Positions 37,311 through 50,150 of a stretch of DNA of 64,000 nt are shown in pieces; within the stretch, counting starts at the first letter, position 1, and every line of letters starts with the position of its first letter. The position numbers and the translations under genes were made by a program. The DNA comes from Pristiophorus japonicus. Lineage: Eukaryota. Under the pieces are notes generated by a model. The model saw only the letters and a program-made list of their open reading frames with translations, made no database searches and was not told the DNA's origin. Where the stretch lies: positions 65,286,001 to 65,350,000 of the forward strand of contig NC_091997.1 of assembly GCF_044704955.1 (NCBI RefSeq). The letters run 5' to 3'.

Positions 37311-37479
37311 AATGTGCTGTGACTCAGTGGGTAGGACACTCACCTCTGAGTCAGAAGGTTGTGGGTTCCCATCCCACGCCAGAGACTTGAGCACATAAAT
37401 CTCGGCCGACATTCCCAGTGCAGTGCTGAGGGAGTGTTACACTGTTGGAGGTGCCATCTTTCAAATGAGACGTTAAACC
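37311..37479 (+). mobile_element. Deu-domain SINE, 5' half
   Basis: tRNA-like head through gagacgttaaacc; resumes at 40603. Confidence 0.85.
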
Positions 37480-37650
37480 AACGATGTAACTATTTGTACT
37501 GCACTTTTTTTGCGCATGCGTCAGTCAAGCCCCGCCCCCATGCCGTGTCTGTCAAGCTCCGCCGCCGATCATTCACTCCACATGGTGCCGAGAAGCAGGA
37601 CTTGAGGCCAGAGTCTGCCGATCTCACCTCGGCAAGGGGTGGGGGGAGGA

Positions 37651-37655
<5 letters not shown>

Positions 37656-37710
<55 letters not shown>
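37656..37710 (+). repeat. (GA)n microsatellite
   Basis: Pure GA run of about 27 units. Confidence 0.98.
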
Positions 37711-37712
<2 letters not shown>

Positions 37713-37954
37713 CAGACATACACCAGGGGAGAGGGGTGGGAAAGAGACACGGGTGGGGTCGGGGGGGGTGGATAGGGGAGAAATCGGAGGGGACAGAGGG
37801 AACTCACGGAAGATGGATCATGTTCTTCCAACTCCCTACAAGGGACATCGTTGGAGCGGATGAAATCCAGAAGTCACAACTCTGTCACTATTCACTTCAT
37901 ACCCAATAAACCTGTTAACAATGCCCCATCTATGGTGGGGTTGGGGGGGGGGGG

Positions 37955-39398
37955 GGGTTAAGGTCATACACTTGCGCTGGTGTAAGGAGCGACTTTGGCT
38001 GGGAGAGGTATGCACTTGCGCTGGGGTGAGGCACTTTGGCTGGGGGAGGGATGTACTGGACTGGAACATGGTTTTATGTAAAGGAAATTACGTTTGACAA
38101 ATTTGCTGGAGTCCTTTAAGGATGTAACGAGCAGGGTGGATAAGGGGGAAACTGTGGATGTGGTGTATTTGGATTTCCAGAAGGCATTTAATAAGGTGCC
38201 ACATAAAAGGGTGCTGCACAAGATAAAAGTTCACGGGGTTGGGGATAATATATTAGCATGGATAGAGGATTGGCTAACGAACAGAAAATAGAGTGTCAGG
38301 ATAAATGGGTTATTTTCCAGTTGGCAAACAGTAACTAGTGGGGTGCAGCAGGGATCAGTGCTGGAGCCCCAACTATTTACAATCTATATTCATGACTTGG
38401 ATGAAGAGACTGAGTAATGTAGCCAACTTTGCTGATGATACAAAGATGGGTGGGAAAGCAAATTTTGAGGAGGACGCAACAAATCTGCAAAGGTATAATA
38501 GACAGGCAAAATGAATGGGCAAAAATTTGGCAGATGGAGTATAATGTGAGATTATTCACTTTGGCAGTAAAAATAGAAAAGCAAATTATAATTTAAATGG
38601 AGAAAAATTGCGAAGTGCTTGCAAAGTGCTGCAGTACAGAAGATCCTTGGACATGCAACACAAAAAGTTAGTATGCAGGTACAGCAAGTAATCAGAAAGG
38701 CAAATGATGTTGGCCTTTATTGCAAAGGGGATAGGGTATAAAAGCAGAGAAGTCCTGCTACAACTGTACAGGGTATTGGTGAGGCCACACCTCGAGTACT
38801 GCATACAGTTTTGGTCTCTATTTAAGGAAGGATATACTTGCATTGGAGGCAGTTCATAGAAGGTTAATTCGGTTGATTCCGGAGAGAAGGGGGTTGACTT
38901 ATGAAGATAAGTTGAGTAGGTTGGGCCGATACTCATTGGACTTCAGAAGAATGAGAGGTGATCTTATCAAAACATGTAAGATAATGAGGGGGCTGGACAA
39001 GGTGAATGCAGGGAGGATATTTCCACTCATAGGGGAAACTAAAACTCGGGGACATAGTCTCAGAATAAGAGTCCGCCCATTTAAAACTGAGATGAGAAGG
39101 AATTTCTTCTGAGGGTTGTAAATCTATGGAATTCTCTGCCGCTGAGAGCTGTGGAGGCTGGGTCATTGAATATATTTAAGGCGGAGATAGTCAGATTTTT
39201 GAGCGATAAGGGAATAAAGGGTTATGGGGAGCGGGCAGGGAAGTGGAGTTGAGTCCACGATCAGATCAGCCATGATCTTATTAAATGGCGGAGCAGGCTC
39301 GAGGGGCCAAATGGACTACTCCTATTTCTTATGTTCTTATGTGAGGCACTTCGGCTGGGGAAGGCATGTACTTGGACTGGGGTAAGGCATTTTGGCTG
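37955..39398 (+). repeat. ~41-bp G-rich minisatellite interrupted by a CR1
   Basis: Units like gctggggtgaggcactttggctgggggagg-atg-act at 37955-38064 and 39341-39398. Confidence 0.75.
38066..39342 (+). mobile_element. CR1 RT 3' fragment, degraded
   Basis: YLDFQKAF and FADD motifs; (TTCTTATG)n tail. Confidence 0.94.
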
Positions 39399-39539
39399 GC
39401 CCTTGCTGTCTTCTGGTGAGCTCTGTCCTCTGTTGCTTCAGCAAGTCAAAGTGGATCGAGTTACAATTTGCAAAGTCAGAGCGACCTTGGGATGGGCGGT
39501 TCCAGTTACACATTCCAGTGAAACTTCAGGGAGTGGCTC

Positions 39540-40512
39540 ATAGAAACATAGAAAATAGGTGCAGGAGAAGGCCATTTGGCCCTTCGAGCCTGCACTGCCA
39601 TTCAATAAGATCATGGCTGATCATTCCCTCAGTACCCCTTTCCTGTTTTCTCTCCATACCCCTTGATCCCCTTAGCCGTAAGGGCCATATCTAACTCCCT
39701 TTTGAATATATCCAATGAACTGGCATCAACAACTCTCTGCGGCAGGGAATTCCACAGGTTAACAACTCAGTGAAGAAGTTCCTCCTCATCTCAGTCCTAA
39801 ATGGCCTACCCCTTATCCTAAGACTATGTCCCCTGGTTCTGGACTTCCCCAACATCGGGAACATTCTTCCCGCATCTGACCTGTCCAGCCCCGCCAGAAT
39901 CTTATACATTTCTATGAGATCCCCTCTCATCCTTCTAAACTTCAGTGAATAAAAAAAGGCCCAGTTGATCCAGTCTCTCTCCTCACGACAGTCCAGCCAT
40001 CCCTGGAATTAGTCTGGTGAACCTTCGCTGTACTCCCTCAATAGCAAGAACGTCCTTCCTCAGATTAGGAGACCAAAACTGAACACAATATTCCAGGTGA
40101 GTCCTCATTAAGGCCCTGTACAACTGCAGTAAGACCTCCCTGCTCCGATACTCAAATCCCCTAGCTATGAAGGCCAACATACCATTTGCCTTCTTCACCA
40201 CCTGCTGTACCTGCATGCCAACTTTCAATGACTGATGTACCATGACACCCAGGTCTCGTTGCACCTCCCCTTTTCCTAATCTGCCACCATTCAGATAATA
40301 TTCTGCCTTCGTGTTTTTGCCCCCAAAATGGATAACCTCACATTTATCCACATTATACTGCATCTGCCATGCATTTGCCCACTCACCTAACCTGTCCAAG
40401 TCACCCTGCAGCCGCTTAGCGTCCCCCTCACAGTTCACACCGCCACCCAGTTTAGTGTCATCTGCAAACTTGGACATATTACACTCTATTCCTTCATCCA
40501 AATCGTTAATGT
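39540..40512 (-). mobile_element. CR1 RT 3' fragment
   Basis: INDLDEGIEC..FADD; catagaaacatag tail. Confidence 0.95.
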
Positions 40513-40602
40513 CGTTAAAATCGTTCTCAATCCAAGGGGACCAATCATAGACAAAGGGTGGAGCATAGCGGCCATTTTTGCAGTACAAATAAGTGCATCC
40601 TT

Positions 40603-40892
40603 AAACCTGGGCCCTGTCTGCCCCCTCAGGTCCCATGGCGCTATTTCGAAGAAGAGCAGGGGAGTTATCCCCGGTGCCCTGGCCAATATTTATCGCTCAA
40701 TCAACATAACAAAAACGGATTATCTGGTCATTAACAGATTGCTGTTTGTGGGAGCTTGCTGTACGCAAGTTGGCTGCCACGTTTCCTACATTACAACAGT
40801 GGCTACATTTCAAAAATACTGCATTGGCTGTCAAGCATTTGGGACATACAGTGGTTGTGAAAAATGCTATATAAATCCAAGTCTTTCTTTCT
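40603..40892 (+). mobile_element. Deu-domain SINE, 3' half
   Basis: cccatggcgctatttcgaagaagagcagggg..gctatataaatccaagtctttc; continues 37311-37479. Confidence 0.88.
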
Positions 40893-41789
40893 ACGTCATG
40901 CTGGGACACACCCACAGACATGGGCACTCGTCCAATATCTTGTTCATGTGGCTTATCTTCATTTTGGAATCAGGTTTATTAAGGCACTTTCTCAATTACA
41001 GCAGTGCAATCAACTTTCAATTTGTGGATCTTGATCTGTAAATGTACTACCAAAAGTAAATCTGCTGGTGCGCATTCATCTGATGGATTGAGGACCCACC
41101 TTTTCCTGGGTCTCCCAATCTACTACCTGTAATCAAATCAACCCTGTTAACACATCAATGTACTACAACATCATTCTGCAAGAACAATGATGTACAGAAG
41201 GAGCTCAGGTTCATCTGTCCAGATATCTTCTCCTTTCTCTCCCCTCCACCCCCACATCCCCCCACTCTCACACAGCGTGCAAAAACTCTCAGCCAGCAGA
41301 AGGGACATATGCACGTGGGGAACTACAGGGCTTCATTTCTGGAATTGGGTTACGTGGCAGCCAGCTCCACAATACTACATAAATGCTGGAGTGACTTTCC
41401 AGAGACCTCCCAGAGCTGAAATCAAGATCTTTACATTTATCACATTATGTCGATAAAATTGCCTCATTTGCACAGTAATTTTATCAACCACGGGTGAAGG
41501 GAATGCGAGCTAATGCATTATAAAACTTGTCTGCTTCAATATTAGCTGTGAAACATTTTGAAGGCAAGTCACTGTTTTACAGAAATTAAGAGATGACAAG
41601 CCAATGAAGTTTGTTAACTGCCAGCTCATACGGCTGCTTTTTATAAGTTGAAATATAGGAAAACAGTTTCTATAATAAATCAATGTTGGAGAAAATGGTC
41701 ATCTTTTAATTATTTCAAATTAGAGGCTTCATATCAACTTGATTCGCGCTTTTAGTACTGTACATCAAGTACTATGCATTATCTAGCTT

Positions 41790-42230
41790 GGATCAGACAA
41801 CTGGATCATATCTTGAGTACGGTGTCAAGTTATGGTCACAAAAACACAAGGTAGTGCAGGGAGAGCCACAACCCTGATCCTCAGCATCAGGGGACCGATC
41901 TGTGAGTGAAGGCCGAGACAAACTTTGCCCATAAAAGGTGGCTGAGGGGAACTTAAGATAAAAATGGTGTAGAAAATATAAATCTGAAGCATGACTTCAA
42001 AGTAACCCATGGCAGTGGGATGAAGGTATACACTTGTGTAAAAGGTATCTGGAAGAACTTCTGCATATAAACAGCAATCACCATTTGGAACATACTTCAA
42101 GGTAGGGTTATGGATGTAAAAGGAATAATTCAGGAATGAGATGGATGCTGTGATGGGAAATGTGTCAGCTTTCTGATCTCGGTGGATGAGCTCAAATGGG
42201 CCAGTGGCTTTGCTTATCTACTTATCTCAT
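41790..42230 (+). mobile_element. Ancient CR1 3' fragment
   Basis: catatcttgagtacggtgtcaagttatggtcac (HLEY-VQ-WS-like) and a 3' UTR-like end. Confidence 0.5.
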
Positions 42231-45200
42231 GAGAAGGGGATAAAAACATTGAGAGCAAGGGTTAAATCCCTTTACACAGTGCCACTTGTATGAAGACTGT
42301 ACAAAACGGCAGTGGAACTGCTGCTACCCAGTCATTAGCAAACAAAATTAAAGCGTGTACAAACACAAAATTGAATTTTAAACACAGGACTGCAATTTCT
42401 TGGAACAAATCCAATCTGACCAGAACACAGCAGACTGCGCTCGTATGTGTGCCCATGACTGACATTGGTTTGATTTATCATTCTTTCTGCTCCCATCTCG
42501 ATACCCAACTCACCAGCCCTTCATGTTTACTGGAACACCACTTTTTGGCTGCAATGTCACATCTAAAGGCTCCGTGCACCCGTTTGTGATGCAAACAATT
42601 TCTTGTTTTAATTATTTTTTTTTTTAAAGATTTATTAAGCTGCATCTGTTTCATGTTTTCCTCATTCACAGAATACCATTCAGATGAGAAACTTTACTGA
42701 CTGCACAAAAAAGGGCCGTTCAGCACAGCAACCCTGAACATAGAACTTGGCAACACACACGCGCACACGCACACACTTTTATTGCTGAAATAACGGGAAT
42801 TACTATTTAATATTCTGAAGCCAAGCTCTGCTCAGGCAGCAGAACTTTTTTTTGAGGGTAGGAATGTTGTAACATGGGCCTGAATGCAATCATTTTGAAG
42901 TTGAAGTAAAAGTCCTTAATTCTCCTCAGGCTGAGAGAGGACAGTCAGGTGACTTCCTCAATAGACCTTTGTCAATCCTGCTCCTCAGGTCGTCAATCAT
43001 CCTGTTTTAGGCAACAGTGTGCTATTTGTGTGGACAATTTGAAATGTTAAACCTTTTGTAGTTTCTTCTCATTCCCTCCCCACCCCGCCCCCAGTTTTGT
43101 GGTGCGTGACGTGGCAAAATCAAAGTTGCCTGGTTTTGGATTTGTAAAAAGGTTGCAACTCCCAAGTGCCTCATATTTTGTCTTGCTGCTTCCCTCCAAG
43201 GGTGAAAAACGTCATACAAACAAATAACAATGAGCACCAGAGGTGATATTGTTGCTGAACACGACTGAGGCAGAAAGATGAAGGAACCGCAGCCGTCTCA
43301 TTTTGTACCTAATGACTTTGAAACTGGTAGCAAAAATTTTTTTTTAAGTGCCCTGTTTAAGGAAGTGCATTTTCTGCAGTTACTCTGACATTGGGCAACT
43401 CTGGCAACAAGACTGTAATATAAATGAGGTGGTGCTGCTGATCCAAGAGGAGTCACAAGGACAAAATCGGATTTACCATGATCAGTCTTCCCTTAAATGC
43501 AACGCAGTTGTCTTTACAGCTTTGTGAGTCTGTTGTACTGAAACCACAGTGCTCTAAACTCTATGCTGCATTCTATGAATCACATCAAAGCCTTTCTGAC
43601 TGATAAATATGGCAATAGCTGAGCTGGCAGAAACATGGCGAAATGGACACAGGAACTGTTTTTTGATTGTCAGGGAAATGAGCAGCAACTGGAAAGGATC
43701 CAGAATTAGGGTCTTAAAAAATTTCTTAGATCTAACCTGACTGTAATTGATCAAAGCTTTGGAACATTGCAGGACTAACTTGCACCATTCCTCCACCTAC
43801 AATGTCCTCTGATCTATGAGCATTCACTGTGTACATCACAGTGAATACTCACAAATCAGAGGCATTGCGTACATTAATGTCACACCCCAGACACTAAGTG
43901 GTACCTAATCTGGCATTAACTCAAGTGAAGTACTTAGAGTTGTTTAAACAGTTAGTTGAATTTCTGGTGACCCAGGAGTTCAGCCTGTTGTCATGGTAAT
44001 GAACTGCTCGAGAAAGCATCATTCATGGATCAGAGATACCAATTCTCGACAAGCCACATTCTCAGACTCACCTGGACCATCAGATGGAGGTGCTAAGTAA
44101 GGGCTCAGGACTTCCCATATGGAAGCGGGAAATGCAAAATCTGGGGTCAACATAAGTAGTGTGTCCAACTCCAATTACAGAGCAGGAACAAGAGGTATCC
44201 AAGACAAGGCCAAGTGCCCAGCCTTTGTGGTCAAGACCATCAGTACAAGGAGAAAAAACTAATTTTACAATTCTTCTTAAAAATACTGATTTTGATTGCA
44301 ATTAACTTAAATCACATTCTAATGTTTGTCTTAAACATGGGCCCACCCCAATAGATTCAAGTTTATTGTGCCTATAGAGCAAGCTTATACACTTTGGAGC
44401 ACTACAATCCAAATCCCAATGAAAACCTGCCAACTCACAATCAAGGACAAGGATTTTTATGGAAACAAAGACAAAACTCTCAGAATGTGACCCCCTCCCC
44501 CCCCCCAGAACATGACTGAACATCAAGAATGTAATACAACAAAGACAGAATTTTGTCCACTGCAAGCCAATGGCCCTGATCATAGAGAATATCAGCCCTA
44601 TTATTACAGACAAAACCACTTGCTTTCCATTTTCATGGAAAAAATAGTAAATTCCAAGAATCCCATGTAATAAAAACAAAATTTGACTTTTTTTGTAACG
44701 TAAACCGATGGTTCTGCTCATAAGCTATGAATTATAAATAATGGCATTTATATGCAAGCAAAAGAATGCCTGAAACTCGGCATCCACAGTGCATTTCCTA
44801 CCAGGATCTCAAAAGCAACAAACCTTGGTTTAACTTTGGCTCTTAACATATAAACGATCTATGCTTGCTCACAGGCCTTCATTGCATCTCATTCACTTAC
44901 AGATTATTTTTCAAACAAAGATTGCGGAGTAACGAACCCATCATATCAGCCCATGTACGACACATAGCTAGAGAAACGAGGTCAGGCTGCAGCGGGAAGA
45001 GTACACATATCTTGAAAATTTCAAAGATGTTGCCTCTGGCAAAGGTACAATCACGTTCCATTGATGTTTTTATTTTAAAAAGCAACGCAGTTTGTTCTTT
45101 AAAATTAAGGGGAAGAAGCACTTTGATTTCCGATGTTGGCCGCAGAAAATCATAACAGCAATTCTACTGCGAATAGCATTGCTGACTCAGAATAGACCTC

Positions 45201-45391
45201 TTTAAGCACGTCCAGAAATACATTCTAAATCACCATTCTTTTTGTTCTCCACTACCAATGTATGGTTACTGGACTTTTTTGCATAGAAGTGAAAATACCC
45301 ATTATACCCGCAGAATATGTGGTAATCATTTTTACAAACGAGCCAGTAGTGTGAACACACAATGAGTTATTAACACATACGGCTTTATGTT

Positions 45392-45783
45392 AACATAAGA
45401 ACTTGGAGCAGGAGTAGGCCCTCTGGCCCCTCGAGCCTGCTCCGCCATTCAATGAGATCATGGCTGATCATCGACCTCTACTTTCCTGCCCGATCTCCAT
45501 GTCCCTTGATTCCCCAAGACTCCAAAAGTCTATCTCTCTCAGTCTTGAATATATTCAGAGACTCAGCATCCACAGCCCCTTGGGGTAGAGAATTCCAAAG
45601 ATTCACAACCTTCTGAGTGAAGAAATTCCTCCTCATCTCTGTCTTAAATGGCCGAACACTTATCCTGAGACTATGCCTGGAGTTCGAGACACTCCAGCCC
45701 GGGGAAACGATCTGTTTGCATCTCCCCTGTCAATCCTCTTCAGAATTTTGTATGTTTCAATGTGATCACCTCTCATTCTTCTA
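45392..45783 (-). mobile_element. CR1 3' fragment
   Basis: RRMRGDHIETYKIL; acataagaac tail. Confidence 0.9.
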
Positions 45784-47399
45784 CGTTGCATAAAATGCAT
45801 CACTAACACCGAGAAAGATAGTTTTGGGTGGCGGGGGGGAGGAGAAGGACAGAGATGTCTGCAGATTACACTATTTAACCAGCAAGTTACAACTCCCTTG
45901 GGAGAGATCACAATGTACCATTGAATCTCACAGGCTGCCAGTCACCACGATCTACAGCCTACACTTCTCAGTTCTAGCCAGAAATCTCTACGCTGCTATT
46001 GCCCTTGGCATTCACTGAAAGGCACAAGCTTCCTACATTCTGCCAGTACTGTGCTAATTCCCACCATGTGTGCTTAGTGTTATTCACAGGGAGCCTCAGG
46101 TGTTCTTGTACCTTCAACCCAAGTGTATTACACATATATTTAAAGGATTGTGCTCTTCCTTATGAAAATACAAACCAGATATCTAGATTACCTAGTCCTA
46201 TATTAATCCATTCATCCAGATTAGCCTAATGCACACACAGATTTTTGGCCCCCAAAGTCTTCCGGTTTGTACCTGTTTTGATTTTGTGGAAATAAAAGCT
46301 TCAGATTTCTATGCTATTTAGTTACTGGAACAGCCAGGAACTGAATATTTAAACAAAACTATTTTGCAAAATGTATTCTAAATAGGATCAATTACATCAT
46401 ACTGTGACGAGACTCCAGCAGCAGTGAAGACCACTTCCTGACCAGGATTGTGAAGTAGAGTAATGTTACAAACTGAACTTGGCCACTGTTCGACAGTGCA
46501 CAATCGCAAATAGTGTATGCAGTATTCAGTCTGGAATTTATCATTTTTTAAAAGAGTGGAGCTCCCCTTGTAAATATATCAAACTAAAAATAAACTATAA
46601 ATAAACTATAAAACCACAATCAAGCCTATGTACTGCAACACCAAGTATGACATCTAGGACTATGAGATAAAAGCACTCCAGATAATTAAGAAAATGACTT
46701 TTAATAAGAAGCACAAAAGTGAGCATCAAGTAGCTTGACAGGAAGAAAGCATGGGAGCAAAGGCAACATTTTGTCCCTCCCTTGCTGGGCTCTGTTTCTG
46801 CGGACACCAGAGGTACTCGGCATCCCGTAGCACTTTACTCAAGGTGGCCAATTCTTCATGCATGAGCCCAGATTATAATCAGCAAGCTATTTGCTCATAG
46901 CACAAGAATCACAGTTCAGCCTAACTTTTCTTCACCCTCCGTACTCAGACACTGCCCACATATAAACTGAAATGTAAACAAAAAGGAATAATCTCCCATC
47001 TTGTAACATTCAGATTTTCATTGTCTTCCTCCACTCCTGGGTCGTCTCTTTGTAAGGAGCAGCTTAGTTGACTTAAGTTCGAGAAATGATATTGAATGGC
47101 GCTCATTAGCATCTATTCCAGCTCTTAAAATCAGTATGTAGCTGAGTCGGAAAAATGCAGTGTTGGCTAAATGCACAGCAGTAGTTAGCCCGTACTGACA
47201 TCTCCCCTCCTGATCGATAGCTCAGCCTGAAAGAATCCAAATGGTAGGATTCCTAATGGAACAACTCAGACTCTGCCAAAGCTGGTGTCAGCTAGGCAGT
47301 TTCAAACAGAGAGAAGAGACCTGAAATGGTAGATCCCCAAGGGATGGAAAAACAAGACAATGTTAATATCTCCCATGAGTAAGGAGAGCTTTGGCTTTC

Positions 47400-47700
47400 T
47401 CCCCCCACCCACCCTTGCCACCTGAAGGCACTGACTCGCTGTTAAGTACGGTTCCATGTGAACTGCACACCCTCCAGTACAACATCTTCATGCGTTGAAT
47501 GTCGTCGAGCTATTCAACTGTAGGGCCACGCACCCAATCCTGTCCTTCCTTGAATTCTACACACTCACATGTAAGGTTTGCAAGCATAGCAATCAGAAGC
47601 AAGAACCATGGCAAATGTTCCCCTAGTTCAAGGTACTGAAGCCAACTGTAATGTCCTACCAGTCCGAGGATCAAATCTGGGACTTTCTGGTCTACACAGC
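47400..47700 (-). mobile_element. Old SINE family B copy (another partial copy at about 46775-46950)
   Basis: ctgaaggcactgactc, cccaatcctgtcc, agcaatcagaagcaagaaccatggc blocks. Confidence 0.6.
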
Positions 47701-47706
47701 TAATTT

Positions 47707-47808
47707 CATCATCATCATCAGCGGTCCGTCAAACGAGGATGACTTGCTTCCACAAGAGTTCACAGATGTTTCAATGAAGGACCCGATGTTCCAGTCCTGA
47801 ACTCCAAC
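47707..47808 (-). mobile_element. 3' stub of the (GAT)n-tailed retroposon
   Basis: (CAT)4 followed by gcggtcc..gaggatgacttgcttccaca; reverse complement of about 18030-18126. Confidence 0.85.
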
Positions 47809-48024
47809 CCAAGAGCACCAAAAGAGTTTTGAATTTTGAGTTAATGAATTTTGTTTTCACCCTGCACAGTTGGAGAGCACTTTATAGATGGTGGGGTACT
47901 TTCAAAATAGTTTTTTATGCCTTAAATTAACAATTTGTGTAGCTAGGCAAAAGGTATGATGTTGAAATATTAATATATTTTCAGGAACTGGTAAACTCTG
48001 ACTGAAATCTTAAAAAAAAAACAA

Positions 48025-49385
48025 CCCTTGACCCCCTCCCAAACTACTACCCCATCTCCGACCTCCCTTTCCTCTCCTTGCACATGTTATTGCCTCTCAT
48101 CAAAATCAGAAATGATATCCTATGTGACTGTAACAAAGGTAAACTATCCCTCCTCATCCCTCTTGATCTGCCTGCAATCTTTGACATGGTTGACCACACC
48201 ACCCTCCTCCCACGCCTCTCCTTCGTCATTCAGCTGGGTGTGACTGCACTTGCTGGTTCCATTCTTATCCATCTATCTAATAGTCAGAGAATCACCTGCA
48301 ATGGCTCCTCTGCCCACTCCCGCATCACTACCTCTGGTGTCCCCTAAGGATTGATCATTGACCCCCTTCCCTACTTCTCATCTGCATGCTGTCCCTCGGC
48401 AACACGGTTTCCACATGTCGCCGACCACACCCAGCTCTACCTCACCACCTCTCTCAACCCCTCCACTGTCTCTAAATTGTCAGACTGCTTGACCGACATC
48501 CAACACTGGATGAGCAAAAAATTCCTCCAACTAAATATTGGGAAGACCGAAGCCACTGTCTTTGACCCCTGCCACAAACTCCGTTCCCGAGCCAATGATT
48601 CCATCCCTCATTCTGGCAACTGTCGAAGGCTGAGCTGGACTGTTCGCAACCTTGGTGTCATATTTGACCCAAAGATGAGCTTCCAATCCCATATCCGCAC
48701 CATCACTAATATCGCCTTTTTCCACCTCCGTAACATCACCCGTCTCCGCCCGCCTCAAGCTCATCTGCTGCTGAAGCCCTCACCCATGCCTTTGTTCCCT
48801 CTAGACTTGACTATTCCATATGTGGCTGGCCTCTCACATTCTTCCATAGTAAACTTGTGATACAAAACTCTGCTGTGTCCTAACTCGAACTCTGCTGCCC
48901 ATATCCTAACTCACACCAAGTCCTGTTTACCCATCACCCCTCTTCTCGCTGACCGACACTGGTTCTCGGTGAAATGACTCCTCGATTTAAAAATTCTCAT
49001 CCTGGTTTTCAATCCCTTCATGGCCTCGCCCCTCCCAATCTCTATAATCTCCTCCAGCCACACAACCCTCGGAGATATCGGCACACTTCTAATTCTGGCC
49101 TCTTTGAGCATCCCCTATTTTAAATCGCTCTCCCATTGTTGGGCAACCTTCTGCTGCCTGGGCCCTAAGCTCTGGAATTGCCTCCCTAAACCTCTCTGCT
49201 TCTCTACCCTGCTTTCCTCCTTTAAGATACTACTTAAAAATCTACCTCTTGGACCAAGCTTTTGGTCATTTGCCCCAATATCTCCTTATGTGGCTCGGTA
49301 TCAAATTTTGTTTCAGAACGTCCCAATGAAGCTCCTTGGGATGTTTTACTACGTTAAAGATGCTATATAAATAATTCGTTGTTGC
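48025..49385 (+). mobile_element. L2-like LINE RT 3' half, degraded
   Basis: LDLPAIFDMVDH, SGVP, ADHTQLY, LQLNIGKTE, VRNLGVIFD motifs are typical of L2-clade RT. Confidence 0.88.
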
Positions 49386-49400
49386 ATTTGTGAAACACAA

Positions 49401-50150
49401 GGGCTGAAATTCAGGGTCTCCGAGACCCGTTAATGCCCATTTGTGGTGGCCATTCCTAAAAATCGAATGGCTGCTGCTTTGGGATCAACAGGCCGACCCG
49501 ACCTAAATTCAGGTCGGAGATTTTTGGGCCTGGACCTCAATCCGCCCGAGTGGTTGGACCGCCAATGAAAACCATTAAAAAATAAATATACTTACCAATC
49601 GATATTCAGCTTCATCTGTCGATCCCCCGCCACGCGGTGCCCCCCGCAGGTTTTTCTACCGGCGCACCATCTCCGCACTGAGTGCGGCCCGGCAATGTGG
49701 CTGTCCTTAAAGGGGAAGGCCCACTGCTGTGGCTGCAATGCAAAAATTTTTGCCGGCCGACTTGCCGATCAGCCGGCAAAATACTGCCCCCCACCGGGTT
49801 CAGCCGAGCCACTAACTGGCAGACTGGAACCCCCTCTTGGGTGGCAGGCTGCTGGCCCAGCCAAAACCCTCCCTGGTTGCCTAGTAGCCAAAGTTAAAAA
49901 ATGATCGAACCTCTCCCCTTTAAACGGAGGGGAGAGAGTGTGGTGACGCACACGTGCTGTGACGTCACCACGACTACACCGCTGATTGACAGCGGCGGAT
50001 GGCCCCAAGCGACCCATTTTCAGCCAGTCAGCCTGGCTTATGATCCATTTCCTGTAGGACTTTGAAAACATTTCAACGTCCTGAAAATAGATCTACTTAC
50101 TGTACCAGGAGTTCCAGCGGCAAGTACCACTCCAAAACTCATTTTGGCCC
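49401..50150. mobile_element. CpG-rich MITE-like element, PIF/Harbinger-like
   Basis: Termini GGGCTGAAAT and ATTTTGGCCC (8/10 inverted match), CAA on both sides, sharp GC/CpG contrast with flanks. Confidence 0.65.

Larger units (their letters stand above)
37480..40602. mobile_element. Non-autonomous TIR DNA transposon (about 0.9 kb of own sequence) containing two CR1 insertions
   Basis: 24-bp TIRs at 37480-37503 and 40579-40602 (20/24 match); duplicated (TT)AAACC target; splits a SINE precisely. Confidence 0.8.

Noticed and set aside
37359-37863. ORFs with RE/ER or SL repeats
   Set aside because: They are translations of the (GA)n microsatellite and adjacent repeats.
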